Shown here in pieces: positions 1 through 12,434 of a stretch of DNA of 64,000 nucleotides (the stretch's first letter is position 1; each line of letters begins with the position of its first letter). The notes beneath the pieces were generated by a model, which worked only from the letters and a program-made list of their open reading frames with translations, made no database searches and was not told the DNA's origin. The DNA is taken from positions 3,839,891 through 3,903,890 of the forward strand of contig CAJFCJ010000002.1 of assembly GCA_904063045.1 (NCBI GenBank). Direction: 5' to 3'. The position numbers were made by a program, and so were the translations under genes. Origin of the DNA: Dimorphilus gyrociliatus. Its lineage: Eukaryota > Animalia > Annelida.

Positions 1-273
1 AATTGGCTAGAAAGTAGATTGATAATACAACTGAATGCTTTTTTTTATCTTCATCAATGGTTTATTATCTTTTAAATTTATTTATTATTTATATTCATTA
101 ATTTTCGTAGTGGAATTAATAAAAATCTTTATCGACAAAAAAAGATAAAAATTAAAGGCAAAATTCGAGCTCAATCGCATTATGAATTACTAATGTTATC
201 TCATTGAGATTACCACCTAGTGATTAGTTTTTTCTACAGAGAGATAGAGCATTTGATCAAAGACTCATCAAGA

Positions 274-3137
274 ATGAACAACGAAGAAAGTATTAAAAAT
301 GAAAAGGACGAGTTGGATGAAAACTTGGATCAAGAGACAGGAACACCATGGAAGGGTTAGTATTAGCTAGCAACTTTGATTACATAAATTGCTCCTATAT
401 TATTTATATAGTTAAGTTAAATAAGTAAGTGTAAAAGCTTTATAGTAAATTAGGTGAGTTTTAAGTAATATTAATAATTCATTTATTATATTATTTAATT
501 ATTAAGTTCTTATTCAATTTAGAACTGGATACTAAAGGAAAAGTTTTAAGGGTTTTAATGACAATTGGCCGTATAATATGTGTATTTGGTTTATTGTATT
601 TCTTCGTATGCTCAATAGATATAATGAGTTCAGCTTTTCAATTAATTGGAGGTTTGTAATAAATTTAATATTTTCACTAAATATCATATAAGTTTATTAA
701 ACTACTTATTTTAAATGTTTGCTTAATTATAACGGTTTTTATTACTCAGGTAGAGCTGCTGGATCAGCCTTTAGAAACAGTAAAATTTTAAGTAATCCGG
801 TTTGTGGTTTAATGATTGGAGTAATTGTAACCGCCCTATTACAAAGTTCATCTACAACTACCTCAATTATTGTAGCTATGGTTTCCTCTAATCGTAAGTG
901 ATGTTATAGTTTCAAGCAGAAATATACTCATATTGGCGCCATCTAGAAAATTAAGATATAATAATTATGACCATATATCCTAGAAGGCAGTGACCTATGA
1001 GTCGTAATGCTTCAGATATAAAGATATGAATTAACGACAACTTTCTATATTACTTTCAGTTATGACGGTTCGCATTGGTATCCCTATAGTGATGGGTGCG
1101 AATATTGGAACGTCAGTTACTAGCATCATAGTTTCGCTCTTCCAATCGGGCGACAGGAATCAATTTCGAGTAAAAAATACATATATTATCCCCTCCAACT
1201 TTGGCGTGCATTTTTTTTCTCGCGAATCACTAGGGGCCACTGATCTTTGACCTATGATGATCTATTTTCCCGCCTATAAAAACGAGCTATTTCCTACTCC
1301 ACATACCATTTCTCCCACCCCTAACCCTCCCCCTTTTTGCCTCCCACTCCTTAATATTTTAAACTATCGTAATCTCAAGATCTCTTCAAATGTTTTTTAT
1401 TCTTTTCAGAGGGCTTTCGCGGCAGCTATAGTACACGATATGTTTAATTGGTTAGCTGTAATTATTCTACTTCCGATTGAAGCCATTGCACATCCTTTGG
1501 AAAGGCTAACTTATCTTATGGTTAAGAATATTAAATCTCCACCTCCAACTGCAGCGCCAAAATTTCTTAAAGTTATCACATCTCCTTTAACTGATAAGAT
1601 AGTACAAGTAAGTGTAGTCTTTATTCACTTGTGAAAACAATCTTTCTTCGTATGTTGTTAAGGCGAACGCCATCTGATGTTTAAGGATTAAATATTATTG
1701 AAATTATGTTATGAGTAATGAAAAAAGCACCTTATTTTTTTAATGTCAAATTATCTCTTTAGTCCTGGTTTAAGAATGCTAATGTGATATATTTTTTTAA
1801 CCTTAAACAGATTGATAGGCAAATTGTTGAGTTCATTGCAAGCAAAGGAAACGTCACTGCAGAATTTAATAAAAGATGGCCCTTATTGAAATATTGGTGT
1901 GATAAAGATATTCCCAGCATTACTAACTGTACAGTTATACCAACCAATGAGGTTGACTCATTTAAAAATCGTTTAAGTGATATTCAATGGGCTTTTGATT
2001 ACAAAGAGAATATGAGTTGTTCTCAACTTTATCAAGCTGGTATTTTTAGGAGAAACTCCTCTTCGACATCTATAGAATGGAAAATAGTTAATGAAACAAT
2101 CGCACAGAAATGTAAGATAATTAAATGAATAGAAAAAATTGTACATCAAATTGAAATAAGGTCGCAATTAAATGTCCATTTTTCGTTTTTCAGGTAAATA
2201 TCTCTTCCACGGACAAGGTATAAAAGGATCAAAATTGAATGAAGGTGCTTCTGGAGCAATCTTATTGGCATGCTCTTTACTAGTTCTTTGCGTGTGTTTG
2301 GTTTTGATGGTTAAGACTCTTAGTGCTCTGATGAAAGGTCCTCTTGCAGGCGCTATAAAGAAGACAATAAATGCTGAATTTCCAGGAAAATTTGCCTTCT
2401 TGACTGGATATTTAGCTATTCTCATAGGAGCTGGTTTAACTGTTTTGGTTCAAAGCTCTTCAGTTTTTACTTCTATGTTAACACCTTTAGTAGGACTAGG
2501 GATAGTTCATTTGGAAAGAGTCTATCCCCTAGAACTCGGAGCTAATATCGGGACAACGGGTACAGCGATTCTTGCCGCTCTTGCATCCACAAACGTACAA
2601 AGATCTATGCATATAGCTCTAAGTCACTGCTTTTTTAATATATTCGGGTTACTTCTGTTTTATCCTATACCTGTTACACGGAAAATTCCAATTGGAATGG
2701 CAAGGTATTTAGGAGATGTAACTGCTGAGTACCGTTGGTTTGCAATTTTCTACTTAATATTGGTTTTCCTCATAATTCCCGGTATTGTATTCGGATTATC
2801 GATTCCAGGATGGTACGTGTTGTTGGCTGTTGGCGGTCCAGTTGTTATTTTCATAATTGCTCTCATTGTTATAAATATTCTGCAACGAAAGAGACCGCAA
2901 GCGTTACCTGAAAAATTAAGGAGTTGGGATTTCCTTCCCAAACCACTCAGATCATTAGAGCCGTATGATCGATTAGTATTTAGAAGTTGTAATTGTGCTT
3001 GCTGCAAAAAGAATGACAAAGTCGAAGATTTAGAAACAGCCAATTCAAAATCAGAAGTTGAACTTAAGAAACCGATATCAACAATATCTAACGGTGTACA
3101 TCCAACAAGTAACGGAATACGAAATGATGTGTTGTAA
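274..3137 (+). CDS. SLC34A: Sodium-dependent phosphate cotransporter (SLC34/NaPi-II family), copy 1, multi-exon
   Basis: Exons join in frame: MNNEES..PWK|[16 protein letters not shown]|[15 protein letters not shown]..|..GANIGTSVT..|[14 protein letters not shown]..|..|[21 protein letters not shown]. Both QSSS signature repeats are present, as is a C-terminal Cys cluster (CNCACC). Confidence 0.95.
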
Positions 3138-4001
3138 ATAAATTGACGATTTTTATAATACTAATAAATTATATAAATATTCAAATGTTGAAAAAAAAAA
3201 TATGTTCGCAGGTCGCAAAAGTTCATAAAAAAGAATGTTTTATTTATACGTTACGTAATATACTTGTATTTATTTTACAATAAAGTTTTTTCTATTCCCG
3301 TTTAAGTAAATTGTTAAATAATTAGTCATCTTTATCACACTTTATAAAAATAAAACATTAATATTTATTACTTCCTTTAATGCGAAAATGACGAAATTCT
3401 TTAAATAGTTTCATTAACATATATTAGATCATTATTATTTATAAGTTTAAAAAAAATTCGTTAACTACTTACTTACTATAAGATATAAGTGTATTGTTTT
3501 TGTTTATAGCTTAATTCAGGGAAATCGGGTCTTGTTTTAAAGTGTAAATTTCAAGTGAACGACTCACGTGAAACATTGTACTTTGTATAAGAAGATCAGT
3601 TTTTGAAAGGAAATTAAACTTTCTACATATATAATATACATTACGCAATAATTTTCCTGACACATTCTCACATCGTCCGTTTAATTTCCATTGTAAATGC
3701 TTAATTTATCCCATTTAAGTAAATTTACCTGTTCATATTAGCTATCCTTTGGTGCATAAATTGAAATCTTTCCTTCTCGATTGACAACCAATGTCGAACA
3801 TTTGCATAATACTAATCTCGTGATTTTCACTGGTCTTTCACTCATGACTAGTTACAAAATCTGATCAAATATAAAAAGCGTGTGCTAGACCAGTAATGAT
3901 AAAAGCTAACAAGGAACCGAGACGATTTCCTTTTTAGTTATTTACCTCTTTTGAAACGATAAAATAATACAATTTTTCCATTGTTTCTTAGGCAAATAAC
4001 A

Positions 4002-6288
4002 ATGGATAATAGCAATAAAAGTATTAGCAAACCAGATATCAAAATTCAAATCGATGAAGATGTTTGGAATTCCGTAAATGAAAACTTGAATACAGATGTA
4101 AAATGGAGTGGTAAGATTAACTTAATCAACTTTTACTTCTGTTTTTATAATTTAACAAATGAATGAATAGAATAAATTACATGTAATAATATTTCCTATA
4201 GAATTGAACAAGAAGAAAAAGGTATTGAGGCTTTTTTCAATATTTCTCAGACTCTTACTTGTTTTGGGGTTTCTCTATTTGTTTGTTTGTTCCATTGATA
4301 TTCTTAGCTCTGCATTTCAATTACTAGGCGGTGAGATTTTTACTCAATTATAGTTCTAAAAAAGTTTCTCGTTTGAAATAAATCTTATTTGAATAGGACG
4401 AACTGCTGGTTCAGCTCTAAGAAATAATAAGATATTGTCTAATCCCGCCTGCGGTCTCGTAATAGGCGTTCTCGTTACGGTTTTAGTTCAGAGTTCATCA
4501 ACATCCACCTCTTTGATGGTCGCTATGGTATCAGCGGGAAGTAAGTTGTAAAGTTCAATGACATATTTAATATAGGACTAAAAACAAAAACTTTTATATT
4601 TTCAGTAATTTCAGTTAGGATGTCTGTTCCTATGATAATGGGGGCAAATATAGGTACATCGGTGACAAACACAATTGTTTCCCTCGCTCAATCGGCAGAC
4701 CGAAATCAATTTCGGGTTCGAATAAATTTTAAATATATTCCATGCTTTCTATATCAAAAATAACAATAAAAAACAGAGAGCCTTTGCCGCTGCTACTGTC
4801 CACGATATGTTCAACTGGTTGTGCGTACTTATTCTTTTACCTATCGAAGCTGTTGGTCATCCTTTAGAACGTTTAACCAGTATTATTGTTAAGAAAATTG
4901 ACAGATCCTCTGATTCATCAAGCCCGAAATTTTTAAAAGTCATTACTTCACCCTTCACTGACAAAATTGTACAGGTATTTAACGCCAAATTACAGCATAC
5001 TCTGTCTGCTAAATCTTATATGTTCCATTATTTTCTTTTAGATTGATAAAAAGATTATCGAATATATTGCCAAGAAGGACGATCCAGTAGCAGAATTTAA
5101 TAAACGATGGCCTTTATTAAAGTATTGGTGTGATAAAAATATTCCTACTATCTTTAACTTTAGAGTTCTCCCAAATTCCAACGTTGACGCATTTCGAACA
5201 AATCTGACAAATATTCTTTGGGCAAGAGATTATAAACCTTATCCTCTTAGTGATAATGTACAAACTAATGTAACTTGGAATATTGTTGATGAGGCTAAAG
5301 CGAAAAAATGTTCATATTTATTCCATGGTCAAGGCATACCAGGAGCTCGTCTCTCAGAAATTGTTTGTGGTATCATTTTACTAATTTGCTCCTTATTCGT
5401 CCTTTGTACGTGCTTAGTCTTGCTGGTTAAAACTTTAAGTTCACTAATGAACGGGCCACTAGCTAGTGTCGTTAAGAAAACTATAAATGCTGAATTTCCT
5501 GGTAAATTTGCTTTCCTCACTGGCTATTTAGCAATTTTAGTCGGAGCTGGAATGACAATTTTAGTTCAAAGTTCATCAGTTTTTACCTCCATGCTTACAC
5601 CTTTGGTTGGGATGGGAGTTGTTCAACTTGAGAGAGTTTATCCTTTAACTTTGGGAAGTAATATTGGTACTACTGCAACAGGTATACTAGCTGCGCTGAC
5701 GTCTTCCAATGTTAAGAATACGATGCAATTAGCGCTATGCCATTTATTCTTCAACATTATAGGTAATTAATGTTTTACAATTACTTAACAACAAGATAAC
5801 TTGTATAAATTATTCACTATTTTGTAATTTAAATGAAACTTTAATCGAATGCAGGACTGGCGTTATTCTATCCTGTTCCATTTACAAGAAAGATTCCCAT
5901 AGGTTTAGCAAAAAAGTTGGGTAACACAACAGCCCAATATAGATGGTTTGCTATTGCCTATTTAATTCTCTTGTTCTTTATTCTACCTCTCGTAGTCCTT
6001 GGACTATCCGTTTTGGGCTGGTACGTTCTACTTGGAGTTGGGGGCCCTATATTTCTTTTTGTGATCTTTGTGATTGTTGTTAATATTCTTCAAGATAAAC
6101 AATCAAAAATTCTTCCAAAAATACTTCAAAATTGGAATTTCCTACCAAAACCACTAAGATCTCTAGAACCGTATGATAGAGTGCTGATGAAGATATCGAA
6201 ATTGTTTCAAGAAAGTTGCTGTTGTGAACGATGCGGTAACAATAAAATAACAAACTTCAAGAAAAATAAAATCTTGCCATCTACATAA
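4002..6288 (+). CDS. SLC34A: Sodium-dependent phosphate cotransporter (SLC34), tandem copy 2, multi-exon
   Basis: Paralogous exons [69 protein letters not shown]; reading frame is intact across the inferred GT-AG introns. Confidence 0.93.
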
Positions 6289-7463
6289 AAGGAAAGAATC
6301 ATGATAAACCTGCATTCCTAATCGATTCTCCATCACAGAACACTTCTAATTTATTGCCTTTCTCATTATTTATGAAGTAAATATGCTGTAAAAAAGTAAA
6401 GAAAAGAAAACAAAGCGAAAATTCAATTTTGACATTTTTTGGTCTCCTGGGACTAATTTTTCTTTAGGCAAAATCAGCTCAAATTCCGCTTAGTTCGGCT
6501 AGGCAGAACTTTTAAATGTCCAAGGTGTTGAAACTATTAAGTAAAGGTTCTACAACACCCTTCAGGGTTCAATTAAAAACAATTTATACCTCTCGAGTAA
6601 ACATTAATTTGACATAGGTATTAGCCTTCAAGGGACTGATGCAAAACCACCTGGTTAATCTGGTCAATTGTCAAAGTTTTTACTTGTTCCCTCGATTAAT
6701 GAGCTACATATGAAATGAATTAATAAAAATCACATTTTTATCAAATAAAACTATTCCTATGTGGCTCACAAATTTTTTTTATTTAGCTTATCTTTTTTAA
6801 CAGTTTTTTACGACCTGACTAATTCAATAAGAGCTGCGCTTTTTACTTTTCAATACATAATATGTTTTATCGAGTTATTTTCATTACGTCTGCTTCTAAA
6901 TTCAAATATAATTTAAAATTTTATAACAGAAATATCTGATACTATCACCTGAGTGGTACAACATTGACAAAAAATATTCTACCGATAGATGGCATACAGT
7001 CCTATTCAACCTACTATGATCTAACTACTATCTGGGATGTACATTTACATATCAACGCAAAAATAAGGTGACAATCACAAGTCATCAAGTACATTATTTT
7101 AGTATAATCTGTTATTTTTATTTACTGATAAGCCATTTAAAAGAAAGCTTTAACTCTATTTTCATTATTTGTTATGGAACTAAAGAGTTTGCTCGTTTTT
7201 ATTCTTATTTTTTACAGATAACTTAGTCATTCTCATTTTTTATTGTTGCAATTCTTACATAAAAAAAATGATTTGATATTTACAATTATTTTGATAAAGA
7301 TAAGAGATAAAGTGAAAAGGAGGGAAAAATTATGATTTCTATTTTACTTAAACATTACAATTTATTATTTTTTCTAAATTTAGAATTAAGTACAAATTAA
7401 TTAATGTTAGAGAATTGATATCAGAATTTTTAATATTTGTACAGATAAAAAGGGAAATGACAG

Positions 7464-7550
7464 TATATAGAGATAGAGAGAAAGAGAGAAAGAGAGAAAA
7501 GCAGATAGATAGACAGACCGAGGGGAGAAAGAGATTGGAACTAAATACGT
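7464..7550. repeat. Purine-rich simple repeat (GA/GATA/GACA)
   Basis: tatagagatagagagaaagagagaaagagagaaaagcagatagatagacagac seen directly. Confidence 0.7.
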
Positions 7551-8874
7551 TGGAGGTATATTCTCTTTTAATTATGCTTCAATACTATATATCTGTATTG
7601 TATAATGAAAAGAGATTTTGGAAAACAAGCGTAAACAAAAATTGCAAATCTCTATTTGGAATGTAATTGAATATGTGAGTGGGATATGATCAATGATCAG
7701 CCATTCTTGTCCTCTTTCACAAGCGTGGGTAGAAAAAAAATCCAAAAGAATATTGATAAAGAAAAAAGAGAGCTTAAAATAGAAGGTCAAATAGAAGGAT
7801 ACAGTTGTAAATCTAATTTGATCTCTATCTCGTTTTAGGTCGATTTCATTCTTAAAATTAATAATTTTCTTATAATATAAAATCTAATAAATTGATCTTT
7901 TCGGTTAATGTTGAAATATTGTACAACTTTATATAGATTGTATATATTTTTAACAATATACATATATAAAGATTAAAAAGAAGATACATCTGCAATGATT
8001 ATCAACTATCTAATAGATTTAATCTAATTATAGAGTACAAAAAGTAACAGAAAGTCGTTTTTCATAACTAGCATTACGTTGCTCATTGTGGATCTAATAG
8101 AAATAAATTCCTAAATGAATAGAGAAAATACTTGACAAGGTTTCCCTTGAAAACACTCTGTCTAGAAAATGTTTCCGTTCCCCGTTGACTTTAAGAGCTT
8201 TTTCATTGATACTACACGAACAAGATTTTCTTTTATTATATTGCTAATTAACTCAAGATACTTAGTCAATACTTTTATGAATATTGATATTAATTTTAAA
8301 ATGTAAACATTAATAAGTGAAAGATAACCGTAATTTCTTTTATATTAGTCTATCTAATGTTTAAAATGTTATCTACGTCATATTCTTTCGTATATATCTG
8401 ATCAATTATTTCGATACTTTTAATTATCCTACATCCTATTTTTTTCTACTATGTTATGACATGCGTAGAATACGATAGAATTTCCATATTGTAACGGCTT
8501 TCTGGGAAACTGGAGTCGAAGGCATAAAGTTGAAATAGTAAATTGTACTCCTACTAACTAAAACTAACAATTCATTAGTTAGAATTGAATAAAAACTAAG
8601 AATCTAAAAGAAATTAATTCGTAAAGGAAGAATGAGTGTTGTTTTCATATTATTAGTATTCATACGTAATTACAATAGGATGACAAGTAACGCTAGTCTA
8701 CATGTATCGGAAAAGTAAAATACAAGCATTTACATTCCTTTTGTACCATTATTGCTTATATACTGTGAGCAAACAAGCTGCCCATTAAACAACCTTTTAC
8801 GTATTGAGTCAAGTCGAATAGCAGTGACGTCCTTCATTCTAGGCGTCTCTTAGCTCAAACTGTCATTCGACACA

Positions 8875-10038
8875 ATGATCGACAACGATACAGACCAGCT
8901 GGAAGGCAATTTAACTCGACAATACTTAGAAGATATAAATGGAAAATGGGGATATCGGTATTATTTTAGTCTACTTGTTGAAGTTCCTATAGCTATCTTT
9001 GGTTTGGTCTGCAACATCATCGCTTTCATCGTCTTAACAAAGCATCCAAATTCTTTAACAACAAATCTTTTATTAAAAGGGATAGCTATAACTGATTGTA
9101 TTGTTTTAGTTTCCTACTTTTGTATATATCCTCTTGATAATGTGTCTGCAAAAAATTGTCATGCTGCTATATATATATCAGTTCTCCCTTTTCTTTTTGT
9201 TTTACTCTATCCGTGCCTTTATGCAGTTCGCCTAATCGGCTCTTACTTACTATGTCTTCTTGTGTTTGACAGGTGGTATGCGGTGTCACAGCCGCTACAT
9301 GTCTATAGAGTTTGTTCTGTATCAAAAACCAAACGATATACGATAATAATTTTAATTGTATCAATTATTTTTTCAATTCCAAGATTTTTTGAGCATGAAA
9401 TAGTTTTAATTTCTGGAAATAATTTGGATTATGCCGATCTTCTACGAAGCGATCAGCAACAGCTCATCAATTTCATCATAAACTCACCAAATAACTTTAG
9501 CTTTTACGCCAGATATAAGACATCATTCTTCTACAACAAATACTATTCATTTGTTTATAGTATGACAATATTTCCTATTATTATGTATGTAATTCCACTC
9601 GTTTTCCTGATAACTTTCAACACAAAACTTGCTCTTTCATTAAGGAAAGAATCTCATTATCGTTCTACCGTTTTAAGGGTATCTAACGAAGCCTTACCAA
9701 ATCGAAGTGTTACTTTAATGATAGTGATCATTAATACTGTTCACATTACGTTCACCATCATCATCTTGACGTCTCAAATTTTATACATTCTCAGTAAAAT
9801 TGTTACAGATCCAACGTTGTCAAGGATAAGAGTAAAAATGACAATAACGGCTAATATATTAGTTAATTGCAACAGCGCATGTAATCTTTTAATATATTGT
9901 TATTGTTCTCGGACATTTCGTCATGTGTTGAGAAGAATGTTGTGTAAATGGCAATTGAAGAGAAAGAAGAAGAAGGGAGAGTCAACAACCAGTTCTCTAC
10001 TTGCCGTCAGCTGGCATAAAAAAACCTCTCGTAATTAA
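8875..10038 (+). CDS. Rhodopsin-class GPCR, FMRFamide/peptide receptor-like, single coding exon
   Basis: 387 aa ORF with 7 hydrophobic segments; GLVCNIIAF (TM1), LAxTD-like TM2, FDRWYAVSQPL (DRY variant), SIPRFFE, NSACNLLIYCYCSRTFR (TM7), N-terminal NLT sequon. Confidence 0.9.
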   Translation: MIDNDTDQLEGNLTRQYLEDINGKWGYRYYFSLLVEVPIAIFGLVCNIIAFIVLTKHPNSLTTNLLLKGIAITDCIVLVSYFCIYPLDNVSAKNCHAAIYISVLPFLFVLLYPCLYAVRLIGSYLLCLLVFDRWYAVSQPLHVYRVCSVSKTKRYTIIILIVSIIFSIPRFFEHEIVLISGNNLDYADLLRSDQQQLINFIINSPNNFSFYARYKTSFFYNKYYSFVYSMTIFPIIMYVIPLVFLITFNTKLALSLRKESHYRSTVLRVSNEALPNRSVTLMIVIINTVHITFTIIILTSQILYILSKIVTDPTLSRIRVKMTITANILVNCNSACNLLIYCYCSRTFRHVLRRMLCKWQLKRKKKKGESTTSSLLAVSWHKKTSRN

Positions 10039-11229
10039 AAATATCCAAAAATGAACCTGTATAAGCATTCGTTGTGCAAGAAAATCAAAAAAAAAAGAAA
10101 CTGATGACCATATATATTTAATTTTAATTTGTAGTATATCTATAAATGCAATGTACTTATTTATATATATAGTTATACTATATATAGACGATATGTATAC
10201 AATATTTAATGTATAGAATATTTAGTAAAAAAATATGCATATGTGAATGTAAATGTCTTTCATGATCTTCTTTATTATACAAATTTGTTGTTTATATACT
10301 ACAGTATGATATCAAAATGCATTAGCCCGTTTGCGTTATGAATATATGAGCAAATAAATACATGAAACTATCAGATTTGTGTTATAAAGTCATTTATTCC
10401 TGCCATATAGGCTTTCAATTAAGTGATAATGTTTACCTTAGTGTAGTCACCTAATTTATTTTTAATATCATCAGCACATTACTAACTATTGCTATGGCTT
10501 TCTGATGCAGCACTAATCCAATCATTATCTTTGAATCTTACTCATCGAGAGTTTAGCATTTGCATTTTGCAGTTTGTCAAATAAAGTTCCCTGCAAAGCT
10601 TAAATTAAGATAATATAATCAGCTTTACGATAAAAATTTACGCTTCTTTCATCTTAATTTAGTTATAAAAGACTCGAATTATGAGATAAGATCTAAAAAC
10701 GTTTACTTGCACTTTTTATTCCCTTACCCATTAATCTCTCCGGATAATGCTTTATCGTTATCAATAATAATATATTAAAACGGCAATAAACACAGATATA
10801 ATTTGTATTTAAGAAATATCCTAGAAGACTAGTTAAGAGACAAGAAAATTTAATTTATTTTCAAACATCAAAAAAATATTCTTTTATCAAAATAAAAGTA
10901 TGTTTTTTTTTTAAAGAAAAAATAACAGTTAAAATTAAATGATTAAAACTTTAACATTACAATTTATCATAATTTTTAAAACATTTCTTGTCATAAATGG
11001 CTCTTTCCAGAAGTCTTAAAATGATTGATAGGTGAAAGAGACATAAACTAGTCAAGTGTCAAATTCGTGGCACTATAGATAAAGAGAAAATACGATTTTG
11101 CGAAGAATGATATCTGTTTGATGCAGAACAGTAAACAGTGTTAGTCAATGCTTTAAAAAATGACTGTTAGAGTAGCTTGAAACGGTTAAAAGATCTTGTT
11201 CAAAAAGTAAGAAAATTTTTATGTATCGT

Positions 11230-12150
11230 TCAATTAGATTTCTCAATTAATTTTTCACATTCCTTGTTTCGTATGCTAACGAATGGGTTATCCTTTATAT
11301 AATATCGGTAAGGTTTATCAGCCCATTCCTTTTCAATATTTTTCAATCCTATTCTTGGACAAACAACGATGTCAAATTTGCTTTCATCATCGTCAATTAT
11401 GTATATATCACCATCTGGATCTGATAAATTTAGTTTATTGGTATTATCTTTAGTTATGTTTAAAGCCAAAGTTAGTTTTGATGGACCATTACAAATTTCC
11501 TTAGGTTTTAGCAGCTTAGCTGAGGCCTTTTTGTGATTTTTACGATTTTGTCTCATTTCATCGAGTCCTTGTAACGGTTCTATAGCTCTGATCAAAACTG
11601 CAGCTCCTTCTCCTATTTAAATAATATGTAAAGTATAAGTCAAAAGTCTCTGATCATTTTGTTAATACCTTTACTAGAAATGTTAAAACAACAATAAGCT
11701 CCATAAATATTGTATACATAAGCTGTTCCAGGTTTCATGAACATAGCTTCGGTTCTAGGAGTTTTCTTACCTACAATAGTTAGTTACTTATTTAGACAAT
11801 TATCACTAAGTAGATTGAAAATAAAATATATATATAAATATATATATATATTGTATACCATTGTATGAATGTGAAGCCTTATCTGGTCCTCCAATGTATG
11901 CTTCAGTTTCAACGATTTTTCCCTCCAAGTGTCTATTACAATCAATTTTTTTAACTAAAATTTTCCCCAGGAGGGCTCTTGAAAGTTCCTTGCAGTCAAT
12001 ATCATAAAATGGTGCTTTCATTATCTTTAAGATTCCCGAAGTCTCTTCCTCCTCTTCTGAACTAAGATTTTCCGAAGTAACTACCTTTTTGATTACCTCG
12101 GGTTCATCTTTTACAGACACCTTTCTTTTTCTTTGAGCTCTTTTACTCAT
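11230..12150 (-). CDS. MPG: DNA-3-methyladenine glycosylase (3 exons)
   Basis: [27 protein letters not shown]|[29 protein letters not shown]|..[29 protein letters not shown]. Confidence 0.95.
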
Positions 12151-12434
12151 TCTAGTTAGATATTTTCCTATCTATAAGGAAGAAGGAGAACAAAAATACC
12201 AAATTGAACACCGCAAGAATGTTTTGTTATGTCGAAATTGTGTTAGCATGGTTAGTATTCCTATTAAAAATTAGAGTAAATTATCAACAACGGAGCCTTT
12301 AGCAAAAGGGCATATTTTTCAGTTTATTTACTTGCTATGTACATAGCAGCCAATATTTTTCATTAAGAAATTGAACAAACAAAAAAAGAATCTGACCAAT
12401 TAGTTCAACAGGTTATTCGTTTTAATTAGACTTC

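Noticed and set aside
7415-7790. ORFs 7415-7666 and 7572-7790
   Set aside because: Derived from GA-rich simple repeats and low-complexity intergenic DNA.
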